This document shows positions 13,376 to 24,561 of a stretch of DNA of 46,907 nt, in pieces. The DNA comes from Chromera velia. Taxonomy: Eukaryota. Within the stretch, counting starts at the first letter, position 1. Every line of letters begins with the position of its first letter. Below the pieces are notes generated by a model. That model was not told the DNA's origin. It saw only the letters and a list, made by a program, of their open reading frames with translations, and did no database searches. Location: NCBI GenBank assembly GCA_018398765.1, contig JAHBMJ010000469.1, forward strand, positions 1 to 46,907, in the 5' to 3' direction. The position numbers and the translations under genes are program-made.

Positions 13376-14985
13376 ATGACGAAATTCGTTCTCTTTCTCG
13401 GAGCACTTTCATTGCTCTCCCGTGGCGATGTGACGGAGAAAGACGGCAGCGTCTGCCTTGATTCTGCCTCTGGCGAATGCTCTCCAGCTGCGCAGAAGAA
13501 GCGCAACATCGCGGACTGTCGACCTGACCATGACAGTCTGGACACTTGTGAGTATGAGACTCTCTGTTATGATGGAGAGCAATACTTCATCGTCGCATCG
13601 GACCGCGAAGAAGACCTGGAAGCTGCCACAGCAGATTACCAGCCTACTGACCGACCGTTTAGTATGCAAGACAAGCGGTCGAGTGTGATGGCATACCGGT
13701 GGGTTCAATTAACAACTACATCTCACCGAGCATGCAAAGCACGATCGGACTGCTAAGCGCACTAGTCATCACACGTCCCAAATATGTGTGTACTTGAGTT
13801 GCTTCTCCCTGTTTCTGCAGATATCATCACAACTCAAATGGGAAGAGGCCATCCACTCCACTGAACTACCTCGACAAATACGACTTCGTCTCTTGGGAGA
13901 AGATGCTCGAGAAGGGCCCCATAGAGTGGCTGCCCGACGGTACAAAGTTTCTGAACACAGAACAAAACCCGAGCCCCTCACACTTCATCACCCACTTGAT
14001 GATGACTTGGTCCGACCAGCTAGATCGACCTGAGGGGTCGGTATACTTCCTCAATACAGAGCTGAAATGTATGACCTCCTGGAAAGACATGTTTCTTGAC
14101 GTGCTCCTCACACGCGGGAAGGGGCTCTTCACAGAAGCAGAGTTGGAAGCCTGGTTGGCGGGGATGAGTGAGAGAGACCCGAATCTTCCAACACCCGCAC
14201 GGCCGGCTCTCTTCAGAGACCACCTGTGGCCAACGCAGGACCTTCCCACCGAAGGCAAACCTTTCAATCACTGCAACAGGCACATCTGGCAGTATAAGGA
14301 GTCCTACACTGTGTGCGCTCGAAATGCGCGCACGTATGCGTTCCGACAGCACATGATCGGGGGCTGGCGTGATCACGCGTCGCTCCGGGAGAGCTTTGGT
14401 ATCTCCGAGAGATCGTGGCAGGAGCGGTCAGAGTCCCCCAGGGTCCTCATCGTCGATCGTTTGGACGTTGCGAGAAGGCACTTCAGGGACCCAGAGGGAG
14501 TCAGAGAGACACTCGAACAGCTGCCCGCTTACCTGAACGTCAGTGTGCAGTATATCCCTGGGTGGCCTGAGGACGGAAGAGAGCAGGTCGCCCTGATGGC
14601 AGACACTGACGTCCTAGTTACCCCTCACGGCAGCGGGTTGACAAACGCAATGTTTCTATCCCAAAATGCTGCGGTTGTAGAGATCTATAACTTTGGATTC
14701 ATTCAAGACGATCTCTACCGGGACATGTTAGAGCGCCAGGGTGTTTACTACCGAGCCATGATCGGCTTCTACTCGGAAGAACGCGAGAAAGAGTTGTTGG
14801 AAGGGGATGACGATCAGCGGAAATGTGCGGAAATGGGTAGGAGAGAAGATTACAAGCGTCGCAAGACAGACAACCCTGGGCACTGCTTCTATCCAGCCTG
14901 GAAGCTTGCACCAGTGGAGATTGATCTGGAAGAACTGAAAAAGACGGTATCAGAGTGTATCTTTGCACTCGGAAACCATCTGTAG
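13376..14985 (+). CDS. Glycosyltransferase family 61 paralog, ~495 aa. Exons 13376 (or 13358)-13698 and 13821-14985
   Basis: Signal peptide MTKFVLFLGALSLLSRG. A 122-nt phase-2 intron lies at the same AYR-YH position as in the paralog. Motifs DVLVTPHGSGLTNAMFLSQNAAVVEI. Collinear with the minus-strand gene (DTCxYETLC, KGPxEWLPDGTKF, LDRPEGSVYFLNTE, VCARNART, GGWRDHA). Confidence 0.88.
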
Positions 14986-15579
14986 CTAGATCTGTAGCGA
15001 CTGCAAGTATGCATTCGGTCTTCCATATTATTTTCGCGTCTTCCAGGTATGGACGTCGTTAACTTCGCGTCGTCTGACTCGTCTCCTTCTCTTTCCTTAC
15101 ATCACAGCGACTCACTTCGAAAGTTCACGCACCCGTCTTGCTTCGCTTGGTCTAGGTTCTTGCATGACACTCTAGGTTGGCCAGGGCCCTCACGGCTCAC
15201 CGGCTTTAACCCAGTCATCATCATCGTCATCATATTTTGACTAAACAACATTTTGTAATATTACTTTAATAAATATATAGTATAACTTTAAACTATGATT
15301 TTATCAGTGATTTTGCTACTAAACTAACGCAAGCTATACAGGTATCTTTTCTATTGTTAAACTATCTAATAAATTATAAAAGTGTGATACTGACAGTTAT
15401 ATATATAGTGTGTCCTTATAATGATATTACTACTACTACTAATAATATACTAGATAATTTGTTTAAAACTGTTTAATTAACTGTACTTACTAAAACTATA
15501 TAAAAGGTTTAAAAAAAAAAGATGAATATTGTACGTTAAATCTAGCTAGGCCCGCTATACGTAAAAAAATGAAAAAAAT

Positions 15580-15747
15580 GCGTTATGCGAATGTGTACGA
15601 TCTCAGAGCCTCTCAGCTGATCTCATCAAAGCTAAGCTGCCCGCCGAGGCGACTGGAGATACTAAACAGACTTATTGTCTTGAGGGACAGCTGAGTTTTA
15701 CTAAAATCAGCCGAGAGGCCCTGGGATTGCGCGTATTCGCATAACGC
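15580..15747. mobile_element. 168-bp fold-back/MITE-like element with ~62-bp imperfect terminal inverted repeats
   Basis: The left arm gcgttatgcgaatgtgtacgatctcagagcctctcagctgatctcatcaaagctaagctgcc matches the reverse complement of the right arm, gcgttatgcgaatacgcgcaatcccagggcctctcggctgattttagtaaaactcagctgtcc. Related single arms occur at 17399-17445 and ~45412-45515. Confidence 0.65.
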
Positions 15748-16000
15748 TTTAGGGGGAAGTTTACGGTGGTACGTACGTGTCGTCCAATTCTGGAAAAATG
15801 TGCTTCAATCAACTTATACACAATCAGACGCAATGTATAGATATATTAAACCCGTGTGGGCTGTGGCATGGATGATACCAGGGTCCACAGGCTGAAAAGC
15901 ATAATTCATACGCGGTTTTGTCACAACTCCCGTGACCCCCACCGCTGGCCAAAGTAAGACATACCAAAGCCTCTCAAGTATGACGACATACCTCCTGAAT

Positions 16001-16120
16001 CGCCCCCTGAAGCACTCACCCACGCTCACCCAACTGGTTGGGTGTATCCCGCATTAATATATTATATAATACGGGATACACCTAATTAACTAGTAGTTAG
16101 GTGAGTGCCTTGGAGAGCGT
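16001..16120. repeat. Imperfect inverted repeat (hairpin) with an AT-rich loop
   Basis: Inner stem ggtgtatcccgcatta...taatacgggatacacc, extended by outer arms gcactcacc...ggtgagtgc. Confidence 0.7.
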
Positions 16121-16983
16121 ATAGATTGTTCCGTAGAATGTGTATGCTTAGAAAAGAAGATATTTTATGCTCTAGTTTATGCTAATATTATATGATCCTG
16201 CAATATCCTGTATAGGGCCTCTTGCATGCATGCAGAATTAAAGTGTGGAACTGCTCACCGAGTGGATGGCGAGAAAAGTGGGCCTTTAAGTGGTGGAGGC
16301 AGAAATTGAACCTGAGACCCACCAAGACCATGCATATATGAGTCAATATGAATAAAAATCATAAGTGGGATGCTCTAGCTATTAACTGAGCTGTACGCTG
16401 CAGGAAAGAGCGGTAAACCGCTGCCTGCAAATCCTGCAACATACCGCATGTAATTAATGCAGCTATCATTCAATTGATACAGGATTATGTAGGATACCCC
16501 GTTTGCAAGCTCAAGGGGTATGCCGGGGCCCTGACGGAAGGGGTCAAGTAGGGTCAAGGTCGAGGAGAAGTGCAATAAAGGAGCCAGTTAGAGTTATATG
16601 TGGGGACACGGCATGTATGACAAAACTCTCGATCATCAGTTAGAGCCGGTATAAATTTGCGTGCCCCTCAAGCATGATTTACGGGGCCACGACGGTCAAT
16701 CTTGACAACAAATGTCTCGAAATGATATCTCACAGGGCCTATATAATTTGGTACAAATGTGGTTTCTGCGGTGGTATATTTGATTTTTTGGTTGTATGAG
16801 AGCCTCTTTTATTTTAGTGAACTCTAGATTTCGTCCCGGATGGCGGGCCACATCAAGTTTGAGTGTGTCTCAAGTCTTTTTTCGATCTGCACATTTTCAC
16901 CTTGGTTGTCGGCCCCTATACTAGAACCAATTATTATCGAGGCCCGGGGCCCCGGCACTCATGTTGATTCCAGATTAAAATTG

Positions 16984-17041
16984 AACTAACTAACTAATAT
17001 ATAACTAACTAACTAAGTAAGTAAGTAACTAACTAACTAAC
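16984..17041 (+). repeat. (CTAA)n/(GTAA)n microsatellite followed by C runs
   Basis: Directly visible. Confidence 0.85.
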
Positions 17042-17747
17042 ACCCGATCCGGGCCCCCCCAGCCCCCCCCGGCCCCCCCCCTAAAAAAATGATGATTAAA
17101 AGTTTTGTTATGTATGCCGTGCCCCCATATATAAGCTTGGGGTGGATTTAGCCTAGTTCGTTTGATTGTTTAAAAACACGTCTGTTCATCTATTACTTTC
17201 AATGTGCGGCTCATCACTTGTACACCTAACTGCAGGATAGAAGAATCAGATGGAGAGAAGAGAGACAGAGCAAAACCTTCATAACATTCTTTTCCCTTTA
17301 CAAAGGCTACCCTTCGCCCTGAGAAAAAGACCTTAATCAAGAGAAGACCTAACCCATCTACCCTCTTTCTAAAAAAATGATGAAAAAAAAGGTGAGCTTG
17401 CGTGCGATCTCAGGGCCTCTCGGCTGATCTCAGCGAAGCTGAGGCGACGCGCGTGCGTCAAGGTGCATCGGGCCGATATCGCGGGCCGGCCGGCATGCAT
17501 GCTTGCAATTAAGGACCAAGGTCTCATATTTGACCACACATTTGGTATCTTTTGTTCGCATGCTTGAATTAACAGTAGAAAGGTCCGAACTGACCTGCCA
17601 CGAATACTTTGAACACAGACTTATTTCGTGCGGTGATCAAAGTCATAACAGTCTTCTTCGTGCTTTCTATAAGCCCTTGGGCCTATCGACACCGTCAAAA
17701 AGCTGCAGACACTCTAATTCAGTCTCGATCGTCCTTTGTTGTTTCCA

Positions 17748-19244
17748 ATGAAGGTCAGACATCTTTTCGCCGGCCTGGCGATCAGCGCACTTTCAGCAGT
17801 GGCAACGGCTAATACGGTCGGTAAAAAGGCTTCACTGTACTTCAGAAAGCTCCATCTTGCTTCATGGGGTGCTCCTCAGGTTATCAAAAGTGCAAATTTC
17901 CTCGTTTTCCATACATGCTCCCATAAGACGATACAAACGCATGCACTTATATATGCAGGAATGCGCGCCTCCCGAGTCCGCGTTCTGCGTGGCACGTTCG
18001 GGTGTGACCTCCATCTCCTCACTGCGTGCCAGTGGTGCCCTTTCTGATGAGATGACATGGGAGGAGAAGACGAAGTTGATCGTGGACTCCAACGAGGAAT
18101 TCCTTCGGAGGGCCAGGGAGAAGCCGATCACGAATGCCACACTCGTGACTGCCCTGTTTGACTTGGGACGCGACAGACTGGAAAGGCCTTTCGAAGAGTA
18201 TTTGAACCGATTCAGGAACTTTATCACCACCCGCCTCCCCACAATTCTCTTTCTCGATATCAAACACAAGACAGAGCTGGAGAAACTTGTAGACGAACTC
18301 CTCCCCCCCGAGCAAAGACAGAGAACCCTCATTCTCTGGAGATCCACCGACTGGGTCCAGACAAACTTTGCCTGGATGTCGGAGGTCAAAAGCCTGCAGG
18401 AGAGTTCAGAGTGGAACGGCCTGGCGGATTGGCTGTCCGGTTCGCCCCAGGCAAAACTTCCCTTGTACAACCCTCTGGTGATGTCCAAGATGGTCCTCAC
18501 AGCTATGGCAGCTGAATGGAACCCCTTCCACACAGACTCCTTTCTGTTCGTGGATGCGGGTCATGCGTGCAACGGAAACCCGCCCCTCACACAGGAGCTG
18601 CTGATGCCCTGGTTCCGAAAACTGTTGAAAGTACAGGTGTGTTAAGGCGATGGGATTAAATACAAGGGGCACAAAAACGGAAGAAAGGAGAATCGGCATT
18701 GAGACGAAAAGCAAAAACCCGGTCCGGAGTAGATTGTTGGATGACAGGACTGACTGAAAGTACGAATGCAAAAGACGAGAGAAATTAACTCGATCATTTG
18801 TTGACTGCATGGACTTTTATGTCCTTAGCTAGTCAAGCGGGTTCTTCCATTCATCATTTCTCCATGTATAGTCAAGCTCCTTCCATTTTTCATTTAATTC
18901 TATTCTCGATACGGGGGCAATTTCATTCTTTCTGCATGTGCCTGCCGGGCTCCCTCCATGCAGGGAGACTGGCACACCCCGGAGCCCTGCCGGTCAAGCT
19001 AGATTCCAACGGGAAGGACGGGCTCTTCGTCGCGTTCTTCGACTATGGACCGGATCGAGAGGTGGGTGCATGGGGGAATGAAGGGGGGGGTGCATGCATG
19101 ATCACTGTGCGAAAGGATGTTGTCATGCAGTGCCTTTCTTTGTTGGAAGTCACCCCCCCCCCCCCNNNNNNNNNNNNNNNNNNNNNNNNNNNNNNNNNNN
19201 NNNNNNNNNCCCCACACACACACACACCACACACACACCACACA

Positions 19245-19307
<63 letters not shown>

Positions 19308-22124
19308 GCAGAGGCAAACAAACAAAAACAAAGAACGGCTCTCATGGAAACACTCAAATCCGGCTCCATCTTTTTCGGCGTCTCAATTGTAAATTGTGCA
19401 GGTGCACGGGTTCAAAGCAGAAGAGTTCAAACGGTGGATAGGCGATCCTCATGCCCACAACGTGAAGGTCGGGAGAGGGGGGGTGTTCGGAGGGCGGCGG
19501 GAGGTTCTGTCTGTGGTCTCTGAGCTCTTCAAGGTCTTTCTTCATCACACCCTCTCCGAAGGTCTGATGGGCACAGAGGAGAACATTCTCTCCCTGCTTG
19601 CATACAGAGTTCCGTCCCTTGTTGCGAGACACAACCTGGAGGGCCACTGCACTTTCTGGAACCTGCTTGAGACAGTGAGTGCATCCTTTTTTTACAATTA
19701 ATTTCTTTTTCTGCGTCGTAGTCCTCTGCTGCGATCAGGGACCTTTCGGTCCGGGTTTGTCGTTTCCCTTTTTCTCTGGGCGCAGTTCACTATTTCTGGT
19801 GCAAGCGTCGCCTTTCTTCTGCACAGCTACCAGCTAGGTCAGTACATTTCTTCAGTGTGTACCGGTAGCAGTCTGTTCGAACGCGCTGTAGATCCACCAG
19901 AATGTTCTCTCTCTTTGTGGTTCTGTGGAAAAGCAACATGCAGAGAAGATCACCGAACGGAGCGACATCAGCAAGAGCAGACAAGTGTGTTGGTTTAATT
20001 AATTAGCCTGTACGGCTTGCCCTTCTCCTGCCTTCAACTTGCAGGAGGGAAAGAGGATGGGGACCCTCGACAGAGACAACCTGCTCTCCTTCCGACAATG
20101 CCACAGAGACGCCGGGTGGCCCCGTTCCATCCTGGGGGGCCCCGACGGCAACAAGATGCACGTCCACAGCGACAAAGCCAGACAGGCAGAAGAGATTTCG
20201 AAAGGAGCAACCGAGGAGAGCGCAAGAAATGAAGCTGAGAAAGAGACACCAGAGCTCCGGGTTGCGCTCTCCCGTCGGATGGAAGGTCGGTCGGTCAGTC
20301 AGCTACTCGGGATGATTCTCTTATGGGCCCAAAGTTTTGGTTTCTGCGCGTTTCGGTGCCTGGTGGGGAGTTGCAAAAGTGAAATGAACAATCGAGCTGC
20401 CTGCGCGTAATATCATGTCGATCGTTTCTAGCGTCACTGTGAGCGCAAAGCTGGCAGAGATTGCAACCGAGTTTGCACGTTTCTTGCTACACAATCAGAC
20501 GCTTGTCTGTCTGTGTACATATGTGTCTGTAACCCTTTTTTCTGCCTTCGTATCTGTAAGCCTGGATGTCTGACTATCAGTGACTGAGACGAGCTCAAAG
20601 TTTCCTTCCAGTGTCCCATATGGTTCGCTCATCCATACGCATCGATCGTTGGTCTGGCCGGAAGGAATTCAGGCACAGACAGACTGAGTAGATAAGAACA
20701 AACAAACAAACAAACAAACGGAGAGTGAGTGCGAACTGAAGTTCTACACGACCCGCATAGCATTCGTGCACGACCGACCGATCGATGCCTGCATGCATGC
20801 GCAGCTGGGGAGACGAGCAGCCAACCGAATTTCAGGGGTCAGAACAGACATACGACCCAGAGAGAGACCGGGGGCGGCATCACTGTGGGCATGCTGGTGA
20901 ACGGCGAGAGGGAGATGGACATTTTCATCGACACTCTGCAGACATACGAAGTCAGGTGGCGGAGACGGTTTTTGCTATTTGTGACTCTTCCTCTTGCCTT
21001 GTGAAGGACTCAGTGGCTGAGTAAGGGGATGGATGTCGGATTGCAACCTGTCTGTAACCTCGATAGCCAAAGTGCAATCACACTCTTACGGTTTTTTTTC
21101 TCTGCATGTCTCTTCTATGGGTTCTTTCTCTGTGCATGTTTCTTCTGTGCATCCGCGCGAGAGAGCTCGCTTGGTTGGACTTGTTGAAAGTCAAGCTCCC
21201 TCTTGGCGAACAGGAAGAGTAGGTACATGACTGACCCATCGCACATGCAGTCAGTATGCCTGCATGCATGCATGCTTCCAGCCTGCACATGCGAACACGG
21301 AAGGAAGAAAAATTCAATCTCCCCCATGCACATGCGTGCAGGTCAACGGTCTACTCTCGCAGATCCCCGAGATGTTCATTTTCTTCAACAACCAGACTGA
21401 GGCCATGCTCGAACGCACCAACGCTTTCTTCTCGGAGGTCTCAAAGCTCTACTCCTCAGACACAAAGTTCAACTTTCGCCTGATGGGGTCTGAGAAGAAT
21501 GAGAACATTCTGAAACCGTTCAACTGGATGGTAGGCAACGCCACCAACCCCTACTTTCTCTTCCTTGAAAAAGACTTCAAGCTCATCGAGCCCTGGACGT
21601 GTGTCACAGAACAGTTAGAACTTGGGAAGGTCTTGCTGTCCGAGGACAAGGCACAGGTTGTCAGATACAGACATAGACAACGACCCGGCCACCCTCTCTG
21701 GACCTACGAGACTTTGAATATGCTGGACATGAACAGACAACCGAACCTGCTCTGTACCGAATTCTGGATGCTTCCTGACCCCGTCTCTGCCTACCCCGGA
21801 AAGTTTTGGAAGTGCGACGAGAACATCTCACCCACCGCGCTTTGCGTGTCCTCGTTCGACTGTTGTCAGACGAACAATCCCCATCTGTTCCTGATCGACT
21901 GGTGGAAAAAGGAGTACATCCCAAAGTTCGAAGAAGAGAGAAAAGCCAGAGCAGAAGGAAACCCCCCCTCCTGTTGCGATCCAGATGAGAACGTCGAGCT
22001 CTGGTTCAACTGGGCAGACGAGACCTGGAGGTCAGGCAAGTGGACGGTCGCCCTTCTCGAGGGACTCTTCAGGCATGACGACCCAAAGTGGGGCGGCCCA
22101 CCCCCAGTGCAGCAGGGCATCTGA
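17748..22124 (+). CDS. Secreted two-domain putative glycosyltransferase: HtrL/YibB (WlaTC)-like N-domain plus GT-A/GT2-like C-domain. Exons 17748-17816, 17959-~18640, 18964-19061, 19402-19674, 20045-20285, 20805-20950, 21342-22124
   Basis: Signal peptide MKVRHLFAGLAISALSAVATA. HtrL-type motifs TLVTALFDLGR...RPFEEYL, PQAKLPLYNPLVMSK...NPFHTDSFLFVDAG and GGVFGG...GLMGTEENI. The second domain has ITVGMLV...GSEKNENI...YFLFLEKDF...TNNPHLF...GLFRHDD. The phase of the exon 2/3 junction is not cleanly resolved. Confidence 0.72.
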
Positions 22125-22632
22125 GCAGGCACTACATGCATGCAGGGGTCGGTCGGTCATGCTGCCGGCCCCGTCGGTCGATCATTGGGGGGAGTGCCGG
22201 GTCTCCTCGATCGCCTGCAAAAGCGCGCATCTCTCTCGATGATGCAAAAAGGAATATGAATTTTATGATGCTGCAGATGGGCACCGTTCTCTCGACCGTT
22301 CTTCACGTCTATGGACACGTCCATCACTTTAACCGTTTTATATGTCATCTGCCAACGTACACCAATTCGATGGCTTGGCGTTTTGTATGCGGAAGGTTTT
22401 GAGCAGTAGGAGTGTATATATATCGGTTCATCGTTCGTCACTGTGTGGGTGGTGAAATTTTGCTCCTCTCCATCAACACATATCAAGTCGCTCTTGCTTT
22501 ACAACAAAACGATTTACAAATGACCCTCTCAATATCTAGCAGGCTCTAAATCATTGGAATAAAGTACGTACCCAATGCATAATGATCTAGTAGATGATGA
22601 TGTTTAAGTTTAATTATTGTGTATAATAATAC

Positions 22633-22666
<34 letters not shown>

Positions 22667-22714
22667 CATATAGTTTAATCAACGATCATAAATATTTGTT
22701 GAGATGTTCTGCCA

Positions 22715-23033
22715 TACTCTGGCGCTAGGGAGTATAACAGAAGCTTTGTTGTCACTTGAATCTTGAGAAGGCAATCTGTGTCAAAGAAGTCTGAAGTAGA
22801 AGTTTAGTGCGATGCAATTCTGTTGATCGAAGCTAGCTCTGAGTTGGTGAGCCAAGTTTTAATCTTGCGGCGCGCGATTTCAAGATTTTAAATATCTCAA
22901 ATTTGAGTTGGCATTTCACGATATTTACGGCTCGCCACGCGGCTGCATGCGGCAGGTCGTGTTCAAAATTAGTGGCGGCTTGCGTGGTCGAAATCAGTCG
23001 AAGTTGAAATCAATTTCAGTGAGAATATGGTCG
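22715..23033 (+). repeat. Dispersed ~320-bp repeat, copy 1 (copy 2 at 24240-24561)
   Basis: tactctggc(g/a)ctagggagtataacagaa...tgagaaggcaatct...aagtctgaagt...gatgcaattctgt...aatttcagtgagaatatggtcg is present in both copies in direct orientation. Confidence 0.85.
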
Positions 23034-23063
23034 CGCGCGAGGCGGCGCGAGCCTCCCTGTGGC

Positions 23064-23118
23064 GGGCTCGTGCGGGCAGGCCGCGCGAGCATAACAAGGC
23101 CGCGACGCACCAATTCTG
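23064..23118 (+). repeat. 55-bp GC-rich dispersed motif (second copy at 26584-26638)
   Basis: gcgggcag(g/c)ccgcgcgagcataaca(a/g)ggccgcgacgc(a/g)ccaattctg occurs at both sites. Confidence 0.85.
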
Positions 23119-24239
23119 GTGGCATGCCTGGACCTTTCACATCTTTTGCCCCGTTTCCAGACTCCGATCTCCTTTATGCTCTTCCTTACTTTATGTCTAA
23201 ACGTCCCCAAATCCAAGAGCCTCCTACTGGGTGCAAAGTACCACATAACAAAGATATGTATTTAACTTATTTTCAATAACTTAAAAGCAATAAATTAAAT
23301 TTTAAATGACTTTCAAATTAGTTTTTAAACTGAATTTTTTTAAAAAATACTAAGCTAAAAAATAAATTTTAACTTAAAGAAAGTGAATTCAAAGCAATAA
23401 AAGAATAACATATACAATTGAGGTCATGTAAAAATATATTTGATATATACAATTGAGGTCAGTGACATACAAGACCCCTCTCTCCTGGACTTCGGCACTT
23501 CGGCACGTAAAAAAAAAAAAATTCTTGAGTTCCTACCTTTAGACTCAAAAATTATGTTATAGATTATATTAAACGACCACAAACAAAAAATTGAGACCAC
23601 AGATTCTTTAATTATAAATACTCACCCCCCCCGCTAGACCCCTCCTTACAAGATAGAACAGGTAACCAGCATGATGACAGTCATAGATAACTGCGCTTCT
23701 TTCACCTCAATTCTTGTCTAGACAGTCTAGTGCTAGGCTCTGCACTCCAAAAAAAAAAAAGTTCAATCTTTTATTATTTTTTTTTCTAGTTTTTTTGATT
23801 TATTAATTAAAAAGTATATATGGTTTTTAATGCAACACCCCGTGCAACACTTGTACAACACTTGAACAATAGTTGTTTACCTTAACTTTTTAACTTAACT
23901 TAATTGTGGTTAAGCCTAGAGTCTCTGAAACTAGAGACAAATGGCAACCCATACATGCAGTTGTAAACAGAAGGAGCAAACCGCCGCAGCTTAGTCTGCA
24001 CCTATTGAATGATATTGAATGCCCTGATAAATAAAAAAAAATCCATTAAAAAAACCTTTTCTCATCTTTTATTTTCTTTTTATGTAGTGTATAGCCTAGT
24101 TCTAGTATATGTCCACAGCTAAGTTAACATGGCTAGGTTTTGAATCACAGGAAGTAACTATGGTTAGACAGGAATTAAGCTGACTTCAAGCTGACAAAAA
24201 GTTAAGAAAAAAATTATATTGTTTTATCGTATTCTGGCG

Positions 24240-24561
24240 TACTCTGGCACTAGGGAGTATAACAGAAACTTCATTGTCAGTTGATTTTTGAGAAGGCAAT
24301 CTATGAAGAAGAATAAAGAAAAAGTCTGAAGTTGAAGTTTGGTGTGATGCAATTCTGTCGATCGAAACTCCAAGTTGATGTACAAAGTTTTTAATCTCAC
24401 GACACGTAAATTGCAACTTCCAAAATTTTGGATTTTTCAAATTTGAGTCAGTATTTACCAATATTTCCGGCTTGCCACGTGGCTACATACGACAGACTGC
24501 GATCGAAATCAGCGACAAGCCACAATCGAAGTCGAATTTAATTTCAGTGAGAATATGGTCG
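24240..24561 (+). repeat. Dispersed ~320-bp repeat, copy 2
   Basis: Diverged direct copy of 22715-23033. Confidence 0.85.

Noticed and set aside
16984..17041. Telomere-like repeat
   Set aside because: The unit is the tetramer CTAA/GTAA rather than CCCTAA(A), and the tract is short and internal.
17821..18047. Alternative donor at 17821 continuing ORF 17736-18047
   Set aside because: The phase-1 join stops at 18047. The phase-0 donor at 17817 links the signal peptide to the HtrL-like frame.
22715..24561. LTR pair of a retrotransposon
   Set aside because: No TG...CA termini, PBS/PPT, TSD or gag/pol remnants were recognised, and the copies are quite diverged.
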